Of a stretch of 64,000 bases of DNA, positions 63,564 through 64,000 are shown one piece after another. Source of the stretch: an uncultured Lachnospiraceae bacterium (GTDB taxonomy: Bacteria > Bacillota > Clostridia > Lachnospirales > Lachnospiraceae). Made by a program: the position numbers and the translations under genes. Below the pieces are notes generated by a model. That model was given only the letters and a program-made list of their open reading frames with translations, was not told where the DNA came from and made no database searches. The first letter of the stretch is position 1. Every line of letters begins with the position of its first letter. The stretch is taken from NCBI GenBank assembly GCA_934339365.1, contig CAKRHW010000004.1, positions 36,148 to 100,147 on the forward strand. The letters are read 5' to 3'.

Positions 63564-64000
63564 ATGAAAGATTTAAGATTTGATAATTTATACTCGCCAG
63601 AATACTATATGGATGTTCCTGGAAACGATGGTAGAATAGCGATAAAAAAGTTTAATGATGCAAGAGATACGATGGCAATGGCTCATTTTTCTCTGTCCTA
63701 TATTGAAGATACACCAAGTGATGAGTTAGGAAAGAACTTTGCTAAGACAATCCATCTTCGTCATGCTATTGAAGATTTAAATAGTTCTTTCGACTTGTTG
63801 CTTCAAATTCCATGGTTTTATTTTAGAATATGGGCGGAGTTTAATCAGGGAGCATCACTTCGAACAAGACAGCTTAAAAATAGAAATGAGATAATAAGAA
63901 ATACACAGGATTGGGTGTTTTTAGCCGAACGGGATTGTGAGTGCAGGAAAGTTATGGCGTATTTACAGACGACATCCAATCCACTTGAGACAAAAATAAA
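63564..64000 (+). CDS. Hypothetical protein, 3' end beyond the window
   Basis: My own translation gives an open frame from the ATG at 63564 to the window end (MKDLRFDNLYSPEYYMDVPGNDGRIAIKKFNDARDTMAMAHFSLSY...). It is absent from the ORF track because no stop is reached. Confidence 0.5.
   Translation, partial: MKDLRFDNLYSPEYYMDVPGNDGRIAIKKFNDARDTMAMAHFSLSYIEDTPSDELGKNFAKTIHLRHAIEDLNSSFDLLLQIPWFYFRIWAEFNQGASLRTRQLKNRNEIIRNTQDWVFLAERDCECRKVMAYLQTTSNPLETKI

Overview
This looks like a low-GC Firmicutes chromosome segment, probably a Clostridia or Lachnospiraceae-type gut anaerobe (taxonomy is a guess from gene content and codon style). All protein calls come from motifs read in the supplied translations; no database search was run. 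The first ~51 kb is mostly housekeeping or niche genes. These include a GGDEF/EAL protein, aconitase, a TerD+AIM24 pair, galK-galT with a hybrid histidine kinase, ybaK, ABC transporters, agmatinase, a translationally coupled TAXI-binding-protein/gltS pair, and mscL. They also include a 1.5k-aa double-GH5 glycanase with two Thr-rich tandem-repeat arrays, a Thr T-box leader plus a TGS-less thrS, a secreted tandem carbon-nitrogen hydrolase, NERD, a Ser/Thr kinase, a B12-radical-SAM enzyme, a nuclease-DUF2075 ATPase and an HD-GYP protein. A tRNA-Cys-like gene lies directly upstream of a metK - ABC importer - atypical radical-SAM-like - PNPOx-like operon. From ~51.4 kb to the window end the content becomes an accessory, defence or mobile island. 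It holds AbiEi/AbiEii, a frameshifted MATE gene, a HigA-ImmA fusion with palindromic operators, a NUDIX gene, an RHH-antitoxin-PIN module, GIY-YIG/DUF4357 and a decayed Abi remnant. The island continues with a promoter-led four-gene cassette (cytoplasmic SIMPL, small HhH protein, GIY-YIG-DUF2075 with one in-frame TAA, MazG-like), then TnpV and a partial ORF. The best candidates for something undescribed are this SIMPL/HhH/GIY-YIG-DUF2075/MazG cassette, the metK-linked radical-SAM-like operon, the TAXI-GltS coupling and the secreted double CN-hydrolase. No CRISPR array or rRNA was seen.
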